A stretch of 63,328 nucleotides of DNA, counting the filler. It is 8 parts of 8 records of this genome, joined end to end, with 100 filler letters (N's around TTAATTAATTAA, not from the genome) between each part and the next. Parts side by side here need not be neighbours in the genome. Positions count along the whole stretch, not along the records: positions 20,198 to 29,949 come from SRR2962707_3527; positions 30,050 to 41,864 come from SRR2962707_3528; 6 more parts are not named here. One strand, written 5' to 3'. Shown here piece by piece: positions 21,600-36,400 of this stretch; the first letter of the stretch is position 1; the number at the start of each line of letters is the position of its first letter. The notes under the pieces are model-generated. The model was given only the letters and a program-made list of their open reading frames with translations, had not been told where the DNA came from and ran no database searches. The position numbers and the translations under genes are program-made.

Positions 21600-24500
21600 G
21601 CGCCCGTCGGTTTCCAACTTCCACGAGCACAATCACAGAATGCATGGCAGAAATACGGCAGCTGCGGTAAGGGTTCGCGAAACTCCCCAACACTAGATCC
21701 TATGCACATGGGGCAGGGACAAGGAAACCTTTGCGTCGCTGCGCCAAACCTGACTCTGCATGGCGTTCATTAGCGCGATTTCGAATTCTCCCTTGTCAAC
21801 ATGTCCGCTGCCGTCTGCATCAAATATTTTAAACAAGCTGGCAACCTGCACAACGCAACACACACATGCGCTTTGTCAGGGAACCAAAGAATTGAGGCGC
21901 GCTTCTTCCCTCACCACCATCATGCTGAGAGGGTATTTCAACAAAATGCATCCTGGCAACTCAATGCACCACCTGCACACTGCTCAGCCCAAACCCCAGC
22001 CGGTTGCAAGCAGCCTCGAATTCCTCCATCGATATGTGTCCACTCTGTCAACATGTCAAACCAACAAACACCACAGTCGTCAAGGCCAACAACAAATTTT
22101 GCCTTTGCAGCCCTGGCATACAACCTTCGTAATAATACACAAAAATTTCGACAAAGATTTCCAGCGGAAATTCACCCAAGGAGAGCGACGCAACAAATCA
22201 GCGATAGCGCTGCTCTCACACACATACATTGTCCCTGTCAATGGCTTCAAATACATCAAGAAATGTTTGGAGCGTAACGCCGTAAAGACTACGTCGGGCT
22301 CCCACTGCGTCAAGAAAAATTGCCAGAGCGTGACGATTGTTGTCTCGACGTTGTTGCTGTTGCCGATTCCTTGTTTGCATGCGTGCGTCATTTTCTCGCT
22401 GCTCCTTGATTCGACTTTTCCCCTGTTGCGCCTGCGTTGAAATCATTGCCGGGCTTGACGATTGTGGCAAAAGGCAGAGACCAATAAGCCTGTTAAGTGT
22501 CACGAAAAGTGACAAAAATCGCAAAAATTACCTGCTTCACAACGGAATCCGGAACACTGCGCTGCGACTTCATAGTCCGCGCGCACAAGATGGCCTAAAG
22601 TACGAACAAAACAACCAAAACCAACAAGCACGCGTGTGACCTCACTGTCAATCCAATCTGTGCCTATAGCTACATAATAAAAAAAACAGTCCGGATGTTG
22701 CCATCGTTTGACGCGCCAATTTGAACTCGTCAATGTCAATTTTTCCTCCTCCATCCGCGTCCATAAACGAGAACAGCTTCATCGTTGCATACAAAGCAGG
22801 GCAAGAGTGAGCAACAAAGATGCGGCCAGAAAAGGTCTTTATGCATTCGTAGTCGCACCACATCCGAAACCAGTTCACAGGTAAACACGCAATATACAAC
22901 ACCTGCTGCAGTTGAGTTTCTGAAAGACCAAGCCCCAAACGTCCGCAGCCTCGGCTGAACTCATCCAATGATACCTCATTGTCTCCATCTTTGTCAATAG
23001 CGCTGAACCTAATCCCCACGTTTGAAACCACTCTTAGCACAGTACTATCGGATGAAATTCAACCATATGCAGAACAAATAGTTCTGTCGTTTAGTACGCA
23101 ATCACGTACATTTCATCCACGGAGGAGAGGGCCACGCCAAACAAACTACGCTTTCCGTCAAGGGCATCCACCAATGGCATTAGTCCCCCAAGATCCAAAT
23201 GGCCAAGCTGTGTGAGCATTGCTTTATACTCCTGGCCACTATCAGCATCTTCTGCATCAGCACCTTCATTACTCGCATCAGCCACGGACTGGTGCGCTGC
23301 CCGTGCGCTCCCCCATGCTGCTTTGTGCATCTTCAGTTTGCGGGCTGCGTTCCCAAATCGTCGTGGCGAAACACTCGCAGCGTCAGCATCTGCTTTTTGC
23401 TTGTTAATTCTCCTTCTCGAGCTTGATGCACTGGGCACGTCCTCTGAACGAAGACCTCCAAGGGATTTTAGGTCGGCAATGATTTTTCTGCGCTTGGTTT
23501 GGTGTTGCTTCAGAAAAGCAAGATCCGTTTTAGCCTGGGCGTGGGCTTGCACTGCCGCTGCGAGCTCGCGCGAGCACGCCTCCATTTCAAGCGCTTCCCG
23601 CTGAACAGTTTCATGAAGCTCAACGAGCAGTCCAATCAGCGCCCGAGTACACCGCCCCTGAATTATGAAGTCAGGCATATCTGCGGCCGCATCGTATTCG
23701 TGGTGCGTCCGAAACTCGGTTTTGGACGACGGCTCCTCCTCATTCACACCATCTGTGGCATACTCAACCCGAAACCAGCATGTTGGGGCGTCAAGGGGTT
23801 GTTGTCGGGAAAATAAATTGCTCTTTGAACCAACCCTGGTCGCGGTGGCTTCACGCCCCGCGTAGGAGGAGGACCGACGCAAAGTGGTACTTCCATGCGC
23901 ACCTTGAACCGGTACGTAGCTGTCGTTGCTACCATTAATGCTCTTTATCCGCCCGTACCCTCTATCATTGTGATACACCACCAACCCCTCCTCCAACAGC
24001 GAAGGTGCAAATCGTGGCTCGGCCTTCCGCACACTGTCATGCACGTACAGCACTTCCCCAGTGGACGCAACGTGGTCGGTGTTGCCAACTAAGCGGTCGT
24101 TGAATTTTTTCACCAATTCATGAAGCACCCGCTGAGCGGTCATGTTTTTTGAAACTCCCGGCTCAGCAAACGCAGCAAAAGCTTCGTCAATGGTCAGCCA
24201 ACTGACAACTTCCTGAACGATCGAATCAAATTGGGAAGAAGCACTGCTTTTTGCCTCTTGGTGCGCTGCTCTTTGTTGGGATAGCCTATCCTTGGCATTG
24301 TAAGCCTCAACTAAACGTTGTGTTATGGATTTCTCTTGTTCGGTAGCCTCGCTGGCACGTTCGACTGCAACGTCCAACAGTGTTTTTCCGAGGCATGGAT
24401 TATTCATAATATATATCCACGGTTCGTTGATGCTGAAGTCGTATCTGTCGGTTGCAATCCGAAATGCAGCAACGTTTGGATGAAAGGCATTGTTCAAAAC

Positions 24501-27500
24501 ACTTTGAAAAGTCTGCTCCCGTGCTTTTAGCCAAGGCGCAGTGGATTCTGCGCGTAGAACATCCTTGAAATCTTGCAATGTAACTACGCCATGACAACCC
24601 TTGTCCAAAATGCGTATCAAAGACGGCGCTGTTAGCAAGCTGTTGCGATATTTCGTGAGTGCCGCTGCGCGTAGTTGTTCGGCGTGTTCCTCGAACTCCG
24701 CGGCGTCCAACACACGCGAGAAGGAACCAGCGTCATTGTCATGATCTTCGCCCCCAGTATTGGAATTAACTACAACATTCATGTGCTCGGGCGAAGCACC
24801 AGACATAGTAGGACTTGTGGGAGATGAAGTCACAGCGATGGCCTCATCCTTGTTGACTGCTTCTGGAGCGGAGACAATAACCCCCAGTCGCTTCAATGCC
24901 TCCGCTATCTCTTGGAATGACAACTGCCCGTGGTGATCAGGGTTCACGGCCTGACATGGCAGCCAAGTGTATGCAGCTGGTTAACATAAAAACTTAAGAT
25001 GACCGTACATGCAATGGGAATGAGCCCTGGCGTACGGGTGAAAACAACACAACTTCGAACAAGCAGAGGAGGCGGGGGAGGAAATTAAAGACGTAGTTGA
25101 GAACATATCTCGCAAGCGTACTGAAAAAAAAGCCTCTTCGTCATCAAGCGAAACTCCGTATAACTTGCGCGGAGGAACAGTGCGCATTAGCTTCCGCAGT
25201 TGTAGCAATGGCGACACAGCAGCCTGCCGGCCCACGCAACGCAGCACAAAGATCATGAGTGACACTTTCAAAGATTGCCGAACAGCTGCAGTGATGGTGG
25301 TCAAAAAAAACTTACCCCAAGTTTCCCAACCATGAATCGTTGCCGGCGTTTTCTGTCCTCCATACGTCGAGCTTTGGCTGCGCTCTTTGCCTTTGCTTCT
25401 TCCCGTTTCTCCTTTTGTCACATTGGCATGAGTCCCTCAGTAAGGTGAATCCAATGAAAGAGACACAGATCAAGCAGATGTTCCAAATAATACGAACAGT
25501 CATGATACGGTCAGCATCTTTTGCCCTTTCTAAAATATTTTGGTGTGACTTGGACAATACGGGCCGTCGAACAAGAGTTCTTCGTTGAGTTTGCGCAGTT
25601 TTCTGCCCTTTCTCTTGAAGTGGGCTGAAACCAGCTTCTCCACCTTTCTGCTTCATACTGTCGCTCTCTCGTGGAATTCCATCTTGTAGAGCTGGATTCC
25701 CCACGTCCCGCTCCTCCTCAAAAAGTTGCTTTATCATGTGCATAACACTCTTAAAATCGTCAAGCGAAATTTCACCCTCTCGTCGAATATCTAAGTATGA
25801 CTACACATGCAATTACGGTTGACGAATGAACGGCCGATGTTGCAACAAACTCCGGCACATGTGAGGGCTGAAATTTCCCTAGAAACACGGGGAGCTGCCA
25901 TTTTTTGCTACACGTACCCACAGTCTTTGAAAGGCCACAGACTGTGTACCCTTGCCCCGAATGCCGCCAGCCGTAGATGCCCCATTTTGTTTGTAGAATC
26001 CAAGCCGTTGCATCGTCGCAAGAAACTCTGCCTCGCAAATGGTTCCTACGGTAATGTCAACATACCAATAAGTCATTCAGCAATGAAAAACAAACATTTA
26101 TCACCAAAACCCACATCGAGTGTCATAATCAAGCCAGAGAATCTCACCTCCACCATCAACATCAATGGCCTTGAACATTTCCTCGGCCGTCGATGCTTTC
26201 CGACCTCGAAAGCGGCGGCCCTCCGCCATAACCCTCAGCAATGCCTGCAATGCACAAAATGGGCACAGGTTTGCCGATCAATGTACATGCAACGATATGG
26301 ATGCAAGACTAGCGAACACAAGACATCCAACCTTCACACACCTCCAAACCCATAAGATTATTATCTGCGAGAAACTTGTGAACACGATCGCCAGCCGCAG
26401 CAGGCACATCGCTCCGCGCCCTACGACGATCAAATCGCGCCGAGTGACGGGCATGCGTCAGGTCGTTGAAAAAATCCAGGTGACGGAACAATAGGAGACA
26501 ATAACGGGCAACTTTGGAAGACACCGTACCCACGCCGTCGGTTTTTTGGACTGCTTGCTCGACTTGACAATCCCCCTTGGCGCTTCGGCAAAGGGCTGGT
26601 GCTCGAGTTCTTGCGTGCAGTAGTTGGCACAAATGCTCAGTCAAAAACCATGACTTTTCGAAAAATGGGGCTTGGATGAAGAGATTGACCAAAAATTGGA
26701 AGCACAGTCAGCTTACCGAGCTCAGTGGATTTGTCTTCCGATGTACTTCTCCGGTCAGTGCAGGCACTACAACATGACGGTAAGTTGGTTCCCGACACCA
26801 CCGAGTATTGGTCACTGCACAGAGCAGACATCGAATAGCTTCGTCCGCCGGCAGATCTGCAAGCAAGCCTTTATCACATCGAGCGTTGTTGCATAAGTCA
26901 ACGCCTTTATCGTCAAAAGGTTTGCGAAACACCATTCGGACCGTGAAGGGATCAACATTCAGCACTCACCAACGGCTTGGCCAATGTGAATGTGAGAAAT
27001 ATCATACTGAAGTAGAATCTGCGCAAAAAAACGTCGTGGACGCGATTGAAACGTGCGGTTAAAGAAAAGAAAAAGCACTCAGCCACAATAACAATGAGCT
27101 CGGTTTAGCGACAGCAAAATGAAACTGTGTGTGCCGCACCTCAAGCAGCTGAGGCAAGTTTACTGATGAAGGCGCCACAAGACCCCCACTTGTAGCTCGA
27201 TGCCTTGTCACGCATACTTTATGGGAGGTGATGTCGTCCAACAACTTCACAACGCGATGCTTTGCCAGCATTGCTTTTTTCGACGTTATTTTTGACGATG
27301 AGATCCCAGCGACTTCTGCCCTACAAACAGTAATGGGGAGAAAAGTGTCAGAACATCAATGCACAAAAAGAGCGCAGAGCCGCCGTGCCGGCATACTAAG
27401 CGACTTCGCCCAGCAACTGCCATGCGAAATATTTGGCCACCTCCTACTTTCTGCGTGCCAATCTTGCCAAAATTTGCGCTTTTAAACGTACTCAGCGTTC

Positions 27501-29560
27501 TGTCCAGCATTTAAAAGGCACTCGAGGACAATGGCATCAAGCACTCTCACCAGGTTTGCAGTGGATTGCGAAACGTCGCCTTCAGTTTTTCGCCACACTG
27601 GAAACGCATAGCATTGGTCCTAAAGCCACAACAGCAGACATAGTCAGACTGGCGAAATGCGGCCACGTGCACGGGCAACGCCAAGTTTCTGCACCCACAC
27701 TTAAAGTGAGTTGTCAACGTTCAGTCAACACGTAAGACGGGTTAAAACTTGCCTGTGCAAACACCTGCTCAAAGGCTTTTCGATAAGCGGGAACCAAGTA
27801 ATATAGCGGGCTGACAACGAGTCCACTCTTGTTCACAAAATCTATCAAATGAGCATCCTTGCTTTGATCATTGGACTCGCTTTGAGCTGTGGTTGTCTTT
27901 GAAGCATCGTTGTCATGATGAGCAGGCACAGATCGGGTTCCAGTCTCCTGCACGGTGTTTTTGGCCCGATTGTGGCTTCTGTTGTTTGAATCCAAATCGT
28001 GAGATGACCCTTGTGAATCGCTGTGATGTTTTCCGGCGAGACGCTGTTGCCTTCCTGTTTCTCTGGATTTATTGGACCTAGATTGCATTTCCAAATCCGT
28101 GCCACGTGCCGGCGGTGGTGGTTTGGTGCCACGGCGGCTCCCTTTGGCTCGTTTTTTCTGCCTCTTGCGTTGCCTAGAATTTGTCACTTTCCTAGTCGGA
28201 ACAGAATCCAACTTTTTACTGTCTCGGACAAGCTGCGATGCTTGTGGGTGCGCTTGTTTATCATGATTTGAATCTGCATGGGTTTTCCCTTCTCCACTGT
28301 CCTTGTGAAGAAAAGTCCAATTCTAGAATGGGAGAGGAGAAGCAGTGACCAGGTGGACAACAAATGTATGCAAAGTCAAATCCCCCCCCATAGCATCTCA
28401 CGCAAGCAACACATGGCATTATGACGTCAAGTGAATTTTGTCAAGTCAAGTGAATTTTGTGCGTGCTACACGACCACAACGGACTTTGAGCAGAAGTTTT
28501 GACTGAAACATAGCGCTGCCATCAGTGCTAAAGGAGCCGCTTGAGCGTGGCATGTGATCGCGCCTCGATGTGGTGCGGCCCGATAACCGGGTAGCTTTTT
28601 CAGCCGTGGACTTTCCTTTCATTTTTTTGCCACCATGCTTCTTGATGCTGTGCGTCTCCAGCAACAAATCTCTGCTTTGTGCCAGCAATTTCAGCGTGAC
28701 AGTCGTATCAGCACTCACAGAATCCACGTCAGCAAAATCGTCGTTCATGGCATTCTTGGCTAGCCGCTTCATGCGTCGCCGTTTTTGTTTGATTTTCGCC
28801 TTGTCCTTGCTCGAATCTGATTTGTTCTTGTTCGCTTTCTTGACTTGTGAAGATCTTTCAACGAGTTTCGACTCCTCGAACACGCTAGAGTCATCATCGT
28901 CTTCGTCGAGGAACAAGTCTCCACTTTGGTCACTGTCGCTTTCGCTGCTGCCATGTCTGTCTCCGCGGGGAGCCGCTGCGTGGCTCCGGTCTTCTCCCAC
29001 GCTAATCCCACTTCCAGGCAAATTTAACCAAAGAAATTGACATAACAAGAGAACTGCAATGTAAGTACAGCTTGCATCGCCAAAAACGCAACTTCTTCAG
29101 TGGGGCTGATTCTCTTCAAAGCCGCTCCACTGCACCATACAAGTGTGAAAAAATAGCTGAAGACTCACGTTAGCCAATGCACAATCGTCTGCTTCTTGCG
29201 CGGGCTCTTGCTCGACAAATTGCTCTTGGCATTTGATGAAGACTGCGCCGATCTTGCCGTACCAGACGAGCTGTGCTCCCCGACGGATGGGAGACTCTCA
29301 CGCAGTTTAGCCTTCGCATCACTGGCAGTTGGTGGCAAGAGATTGTTGAAGAATCATGAGCGACGTGTGCCACACGGGAGGATAAAAAAAAATGATACTT
29401 AGAGGTTTCGATGTTTCCAATTGAATCACAGGTGAGTGAGTGACGCTCCGAGAGAAACATCGACGTTAACATACCGTGATTTTGATAGAACCCTGTCAAT
29501 GTCCTCAACCGCCGAGTCCAGACGAGCATGGAGCCGACGATACATTCCGATCAGTGCAGA
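21600..29560 (-). CDS. Large multi-exon EF-hand calcium-binding protein (boundaries approximate)
   Basis: EF-loop exons: FKAIDVDGGGEI (~26150), LDIRREGEISLDDF (~25770), VNPDHHGQLSFQEI (~24930), IDKDGDNEVSLDEF (~22980), MDADGGGKIDIDEF (~22750), FEAIDRDN (~22240), FDADGSGHVDKGEF (~21810). Long exon 23091-24947; low-complexity N-terminal exons 27714-29350. Confidence 0.6.
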
Positions 29561-29914
29561 GACTAAAAGTCTTCACTGTAGTGCTGAAACCATCGCCTCA
29601 AACGCGAGAAAAGTCACGTTTTTTTTATCGCGGGTGTGTTTTTCCCGAGAACAGAAACGCAAGCAGCATGCAGGCACAGCCTGCTTAACCTTTCGAGCAA
29701 AATTCAAAGGCAGAATTGCCAGTGCAGATTCAAATCCAAGAAAGAAAAGAAAGAAACGAGCACGAAACCAAACTGCACAATGATCACGGCTTCAAAGTTC
29801 CACCTCACATGGAAACCAACTCACACAAACGACCTCGCTTCAACAAGCACATCGAAAGAAACGTCGAGATGTCGAACGTTGAGTGAGCGGGCGAAAGTCT
29901 GTCCCTTGTGAGGG

Positions 29915-29949
29915 GGAGTGAAGTGAGTGAGCGAGTGAGTGAGTGAGTG
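29915..29949. repeat. (GAGT)n microsatellite at contig end
   Basis: gagtgaagtgagtgagcgagtgagtgagtgagtg. Confidence 0.85.
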
Positions 29950-30049
29950 NNNNNNNNNNNNNNNNNNNNNNNNNNNNNNNNNNNNNNNNNNNNTTAATTA
30001 ATTAANNNNNNNNNNNNNNNNNNNNNNNNNNNNNNNNNNNNNNNNNNNN
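29950..30049. other. Artificial contig spacer
   Basis: N-run + TTAATTAATTAA + N-run. Confidence 0.99.
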
Positions 30050-30410
30050 TGTGTGAATATAGTCTTCAATGAGTAATGAGTGGCCAATGTTTTGAAGCGT
30101 TAGAGAAGGGTGTCCTTGTCGAAGGCCAGGGCAGTGGCAACGAAGGAGGCAACGAGCTTCCCATTCCCACGCGCAATCACTCACTCACATGTCCAGAGAG
30201 ACCTGACTGAAGGGTAACGAATCAGCTGCCGCACTACAGAGAGACGAATTGATTTTTGCCGCACTGCAGCGTGGAAAAACGTGGCTGACGGAGTGACTGG
30301 CTGACCAGCGGAACGGGCGGGCGCTGAAACCAGCTTCTACGTTTCGCAAAACCTGCGACGGTGTAAGAAGGAGGGAGGGCAGTGACAGAGGCGAGTTATA
30401 GGGCACCGGA

Positions 30411-33400
30411 ATGGAGGGCGTATCTGAGGAAGATGTGCGGCGAATCGTCGAGCTGGCGCGGCGGTCTCGACAGCGCAAGCGAACAAATGAGAACGACAGG
30501 CGTAGCAGACCGTCCTCGCCACTTGTTGGCGCTCCGCGCGATGTTGCCCGAACGTTCATTCCCGATACCATTGACCGCCGCATCTCGCGAATTGATCGCC
30601 AGCACCAGCGGCTGGAGTTGAGGCGTGCAAAGCCAGGCGCCCATAACAGCGACGACAGCAAAACGAATGGCCTGCCAGGCTCAAACCGAAAGCCGGGCCG
30701 TGACTCGGATGCTGGGTCCCTGGCAGCTCGAGTTTTCAGCTCGCAGGCGTCGGCTCGTGAGCATCCCCATGCGAAGCAGCAGCGAGAGATGTGCAATCAG
30801 CGACAAGAACTGCGAGAGCTGCGGAGACTTCAAAGGCGGCGGCAGCCAGGAAGTGTGGATGGGCCGTCAACGCCACGTGCAGAACCTATCGCCGCCGTGC
30901 CTTTAACCGGCAGGAGCTCGTCCAGTCTATCCTTGCTCACCTCCAAACGCGATGCTGGAGGCGTGAATTTTGGCCTTGCCAGGCTGACTGTAGCAACGCG
31001 GGGCGCCTTGTCAACTTCCAAGACTCCGAAACCCACCCCGGATGAAGAAAAGAAGACCACCGCTTCCTTGGAAGATGTCGCGAGCGCATCCACGGCGTTG
31101 CCGGCCTCTTTGTCGGCGCCGTCCACATCCACGTCTTCGAGCTCTGCGGAAGGGTCCGCAAAGGGCCTGAGTCGATCGCCCCTGTACAACGCGATCCGAG
31201 AAAATGTGGCAAAGTCGAACTTCAAGCCGCTGGGGCACCGACGCAAGTACCAGCGCAATTTCGAGCGCGCTGCTCCAATTGTCAGCGGCTCCACGGACAT
31301 CAATCTGCACTTGCGTCACTACGATGCCAACCACGGCGAGCGATACGAGTTGTTTGGCGAGGCGTACAAAACCCAACTTTCAGACGAAGGAGGAAACCGT
31401 GTCACAAATGCAAACAGCGAAACCAGCGGGACGCGAAAACAACGCAGTCGGCATCGTCGGAAGCTCTCATCCGGTAAAATGCCGATACTCGGGCGCCGCG
31501 TCGGCCAGGCGCCTTCCACCACGAGTGAGATTGTTTCACCCAACGTCGATGCAAATCCTGGAGACAGTGATGAGGAAGGCATTGAAAACGAAAGGGAAAG
31601 CAAGCACGCTAAAAAAGAACCCATCAGCCGTGCCCAACGTCCTGCCTCTCCTTCCGAAGTGGTGTCAACTGCAGAGAACGAAGCCCGGATAAGAAGCGCG
31701 GGATTGGAAGGGTTTGACAAGATGGCAGAGGAAGAGGACTGTATTTTCAAATTTCTGCGCATGTGCAAAGAGGGTGGCATAGTGGCCAGCCATTCCATGA
31801 TGAAGGCGGTGCTGCCTGCTCACAACAGTGGCAACATGAAACTGTCGGGTGCATTTAGTGGAGGAGGAGCGTTGCTGGCCCTGGCCAAAATTCTCAACAT
31901 CGACCACGAGGAAGAAGAGGTCAGTCACAAAAGCAAACAGCGCCAAACTGCGCGGCGCACTTGTTGAACATGTCCGCTTCCCACGAACCTGAGTGGCCCG
32001 TGGTGGGCTCGGATTTTGCGTTTTTGGATTTATTTCGTTTGTTTTAATCTCCTGTGTTTATTTTGTTTTAATCTTCTGTTTCCCTGTGCTTTGAAAATAA
32101 CACAGCAGCAAGTTCCTGGCACTAATCGAAGACGTGTCATGTCCGCCCCCACGAACCGAAGCACGGCTACTGGCCTCGGGGCGTTCAGTACGGCAGCCAG
32201 TGGCCAGCGCAAATTCGGTCTGCGGGGCGTATTAGATTCAAGTGGAGTTGCGAAAGCTGGATCAGCCTCTGGCATCAGCGGTAGAGGACAAGGGCGGGCA
32301 GCATCAGCCCCGAAGGTAGCAGTTTTGAAGCTGCCGTCGTCGCGGTCGTCTTCTACGTCTTCTTCACGTGCAAGCACCAGCAGATCGCGGCCTGTTTCAG
32401 CGCGACAACAATCTTCGCGCCGAATCTACCAACCTGCACGTGTCAGTGGCGGGTCTGGGGGAGGAAGTCGAACACCTAGGACACCCCGGCAGCTCCCAAA
32501 TGGCAGCAGCACCGGCGTGGGTGCGTACAGTGCACGAGACAACACCGGTGTTTTACGAGGAATGGACTCTGGTGATCACCGAGCCAGGCGTCTTGATGGA
32601 CTGCACGGGCAGTATGGCCTGCGAGTGCCTTCGCCGATGCCGACGACCGACGACGGGGAAACGCTGGCCAAGTCTGTTAATAGTGATAGGGAAACTATCC
32701 AAAGCACAAAAAGTCGGAAGCAAAAAAGCAACGAGGAGCAGGAGGCCCAGATGCGAAAGCTGATTCTTGGGTCTGTCACGACCCTGACCATTCACGATCA
32801 TCGTCTGACCCGGCCATCGTGCAGTATTGTGTGTGGCATGATTGCACACAGCGAGCAGTTGGTACGCATTGATCTCAAAATCCGCAGCTTCGGGCTCTTG
32901 GACCCAACTAGTGACCTTGGTGCCGTGGTGTGGCCGGCAACAATACGAGAGCTGTTGCTTCGGGAGTGTGGACTGCGAGACTTGGCCGTCGAGGCCATTT
33001 GCAAGTCCTCATCTAAGTTACCTGATCGACTCGAGGTATTGGACCTCTCGTCTAACAAGCTCACCGACTCTGCGGCATCCTGCGTGAGCGAACACTTTTT
33101 GGAGCGGGACGATTCCAAATTGCAAGAATTGCGTTTGGACGGTAACTTACTGACGGCCCAATGTCTCACCTTTTTGGCTCGTGGCCTGACTGTTGGTGGC
33201 ACGAGCTTGCACACCTTGAGCTTAGCCGGCAACAATTTGTCTGGAAACGGAATCATGACATCTTCGTTTGCGGAAAGGAAAGCGACCATCGATCGAGAGG
33301 GTGGCAAGGGACAGAGGGCGGAAAGCGGGGAACTGTTGCCTTGGCAAATTGCTTTGAATCCGAACGACAAAGACATTTCATCGGAAGGGGGTCCACAAGA

Positions 33401-36400
33401 GTGCGTTGCGTTGGGAGACGGTATTTTGTGCTGACCCCTGAGAGTTGGCCGATTACCCAGTTTGGGAGTTGGCGCATTGACGATGGCCTGCTCTGTTTGT
33501 GCGCCTGCTGAAGGTATGCTCGCATTTTGAGCGGCATGCCTGTCCCAAACAAATTGATGAAAGTCTACACTGAAGTAGCACGCATTTACGAGCGCAAGGC
33601 TCACGCAGATATGGTGAATGATGGACTGCACAATGCCCGCGACGAGCTGAGCACCTTTGTGCAGGTGCACTTCAGGACAAAGTGAGTCAGTTTGAACTTG
33701 TGCCAGTTTGTTGCTTGCGGTATCGTCAGCGGTTTTGGCGGCCTTCTTCATGCTTGTTTGACTCTGAAATTCTATGTGCTGCAGGTACGGGATGGAACGC
33801 ATCTCAATGCAGCGCCTGCAAGAATTGCACAACGATGTCTTGCAGCTGATCAGTTCGGCTCATTTGCACAACTTCGTTGCAGCCAATTGTGTCGTTCGCC
33901 TCTACTGGTTTGCTGTACTGTGCGGCTGGGTAGATTTTCAGCCCCAAGCCCCATCGTCTCAGCGCAACACACTTGCGGCGCACGAAACGCGACGTCAGGT
34001 TGCGAAGCAACAAGCAAAGAGCAAAATGTCGGCAACTAACGGCGAGCGAGCACCTGGCGCTGGCCTGGCGCACCCACTTCCAGCGGGAACGAAGTTCTTT
34101 TGCACCAACTTCCTTCTGGATTGCTTGAAGTTCTTCATGAAAATGACTTTCATCGATGAGACAATAAGAAAAATCCCGGTGTATGTGGAGTTGGACAGAG
34201 TAATCAGTCTTGTTCTTAATCCAGCGGCACGCGGATGTCACGAAGAGGTTGGCGGCTGCTTCTTAAAGCACAAGGGTACTACGGCGGTCGACGATCTCAT
34301 TAAGCGCCTGGATCGTAGCTCGGTGCAGATCGCGTCTTTTCAATCGGGTGTTATCACGGAGACTGTCGAGCAGCAAGCGCATTTAAAGACCACGACGAAG
34401 TGGGTGGTACTGCTGGAAGACGCAATGGATGCCCTGCTCAGGGCGTGGTTGCATCTCCGAGAAGACGGCGTTACAGTCAAAGTTCAACACGTGGCAGACC
34501 TGGCTCACACGCACAACAGCAACCATGAGGGGAGCGACGAATCTGCTGCCGGTGCTAGCGGAGGTAATTCGAACCAGGGTGATCGAACGGCGCAACTTTT
34601 GGCACTGGGATTGGGCGACAAGAAGATGTTCTCGTCGAAAGACCTGTTTGTAATGGGTGGGTATCGCTTCAGGTTTTGCTTGGATTGCTTTTTGAGTTCG
34701 AGGAAGCACTTTGCCAACAGTCACAAATATTCTATCCGTCTCTGCTTCCTTCGTAGGTCTCGTGAACAACGGCGCGCTGCGCGTGCTAGACCTTGGAGAC
34801 TGCTCACTTTCTGCTCAGGATTGCCCCTTTGTGCATATGTTGCTTTTATCTTCAAAAAGTCTCATCAGTGTACGCCTGGAAGGTAACAGCCTGCGTATAG
34901 ATCGAGAAACAATGACGGTACTTGCCGTTATCCCAAAAGCGACAGCAAGCGTATTGTCCCCTCAACACCTTCGCGCAACTAGTGGGCGTCAGAGGCGAGG
35001 CAGCAGTGCGGGTCGACGGCGTCCTCGTCCTGGTAGCGGGGCTGGCGGTTTCGACGAGACTGTAGCTGCGCTGGACGATGTGTACGTCGGTTGCACTCTT
35101 GAGCGGTCGGGATCAAACGGAAACTGCGGTTTGTTTGTTGTGAATTTGTTGGCCATTGTTGTGCGCTGGTGCGAAGGTATGAAGGCCCGGATGTGGAAAC
35201 GCGCTATGTTTGCCGACATGACTCGCGACTTCCGCACAGTCGGCATGATCCAGACCGAACCCCTGCAGGAACACCAAACGGATCACCAGCTGGGTCTCCA
35301 GCAGCTACGCCGGAGCCCTCTCCAAGGCAAAGGTCCGTTACACAATATAAGCAGTGTTTCGCGCCGACACTTGCTTCCACGCTGCTCAAGCACAGCTGTG
35401 TGCCCACTACCATCCAGGAAAATCCGCAGCCTTCGCTCTCCCGGAGGCAAGGCCGCTGCCAAGAAAAAAGCAGCTGAGGAAAAAGAAAAGGCCAGGGTAC
35501 TGGCTGAATCGCGACGCGTTGAGCGTGAACGCAAGGCGCTTGTGCAGGCCCGCGGGCGCTGGCAGCGACAGTCTCCTTTCACGATGGATACATGGGTCCC
35601 CACAACTGTGTGCTGGTACACGAGTAAACTCCCTCCGTCCTCTGAGCCAACGAATGGCTCCGAATTATCGCCCCAGCAGCCAAACGGAGACATACAAGGT
35701 GAACAACCTACGCCAACATTCAAAACTAGTGGGCCGCCGCAGACTGCAGCTGAGCGTGAGATGGCCGATGAGGCGCAGCGCGTCATGGTGCCCGTCAAAT
35801 TTGTGTTCGTCGAATGCTTTGCCCAATGGTGTGCATCCCGGGTGTTTGTTTGACGCTGTGATCTGTGCAAACCGAGAAACCCTCATTCTATGGGCTGGCT
35901 TCGCCGATGTATTGAACAGGTACATTCCTCGTGTCCTGGGCCCTGCGTTTGTTGACAAACTAGAGCTGATGGTGTGGTCAGATGATCGCCGGTGGGCGGA
36001 CCGGTCTGGTCACCCCTGGTCCAATCACTGTTTGTTCAAAAGTGGCGGGAAAGGGGAAGATACGGGCAGTATGAGCTACGCTGAACGACGGGTTATGGAG
36101 AAGGTGCATGTCATCCTCCAGGCCTGCAGTCGCTTGCAGTGGCGGTGCGTGTTGCGTGATCAATGTTTCTAAGTTGTCCGCACCGTAAGTTCGTATGTGT
36201 TATTGGGCTGGTGTTGAGCAACTCTCCAAAAAAATGCGCTTGTTTGGCTGGCAGTTATCGCAGATCGAAACTTCTGCGGAAATTCCGGCAAAATGGCGGA
36301 GACATTTTTGAGACCTATCGTGCGTTCCTGACAGCTCAACTGGAGGGTACCAATCGTGAGGCGCCTTTTTTCGCTGCATGTGCTTGCCCGGAAAGTGCAA

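Noticed and set aside
28426-28460. Tandem GTCAAGTGAATTTTGT duplication
   Set aside because: Short local duplication in probable intron; no further copies seen
31969-32157. ~20-bp near-duplicate CATGTCCGC..CCCACGAACC in intron and next exon
   Set aside because: Too short and isolated to support a functional or mobile-element claim
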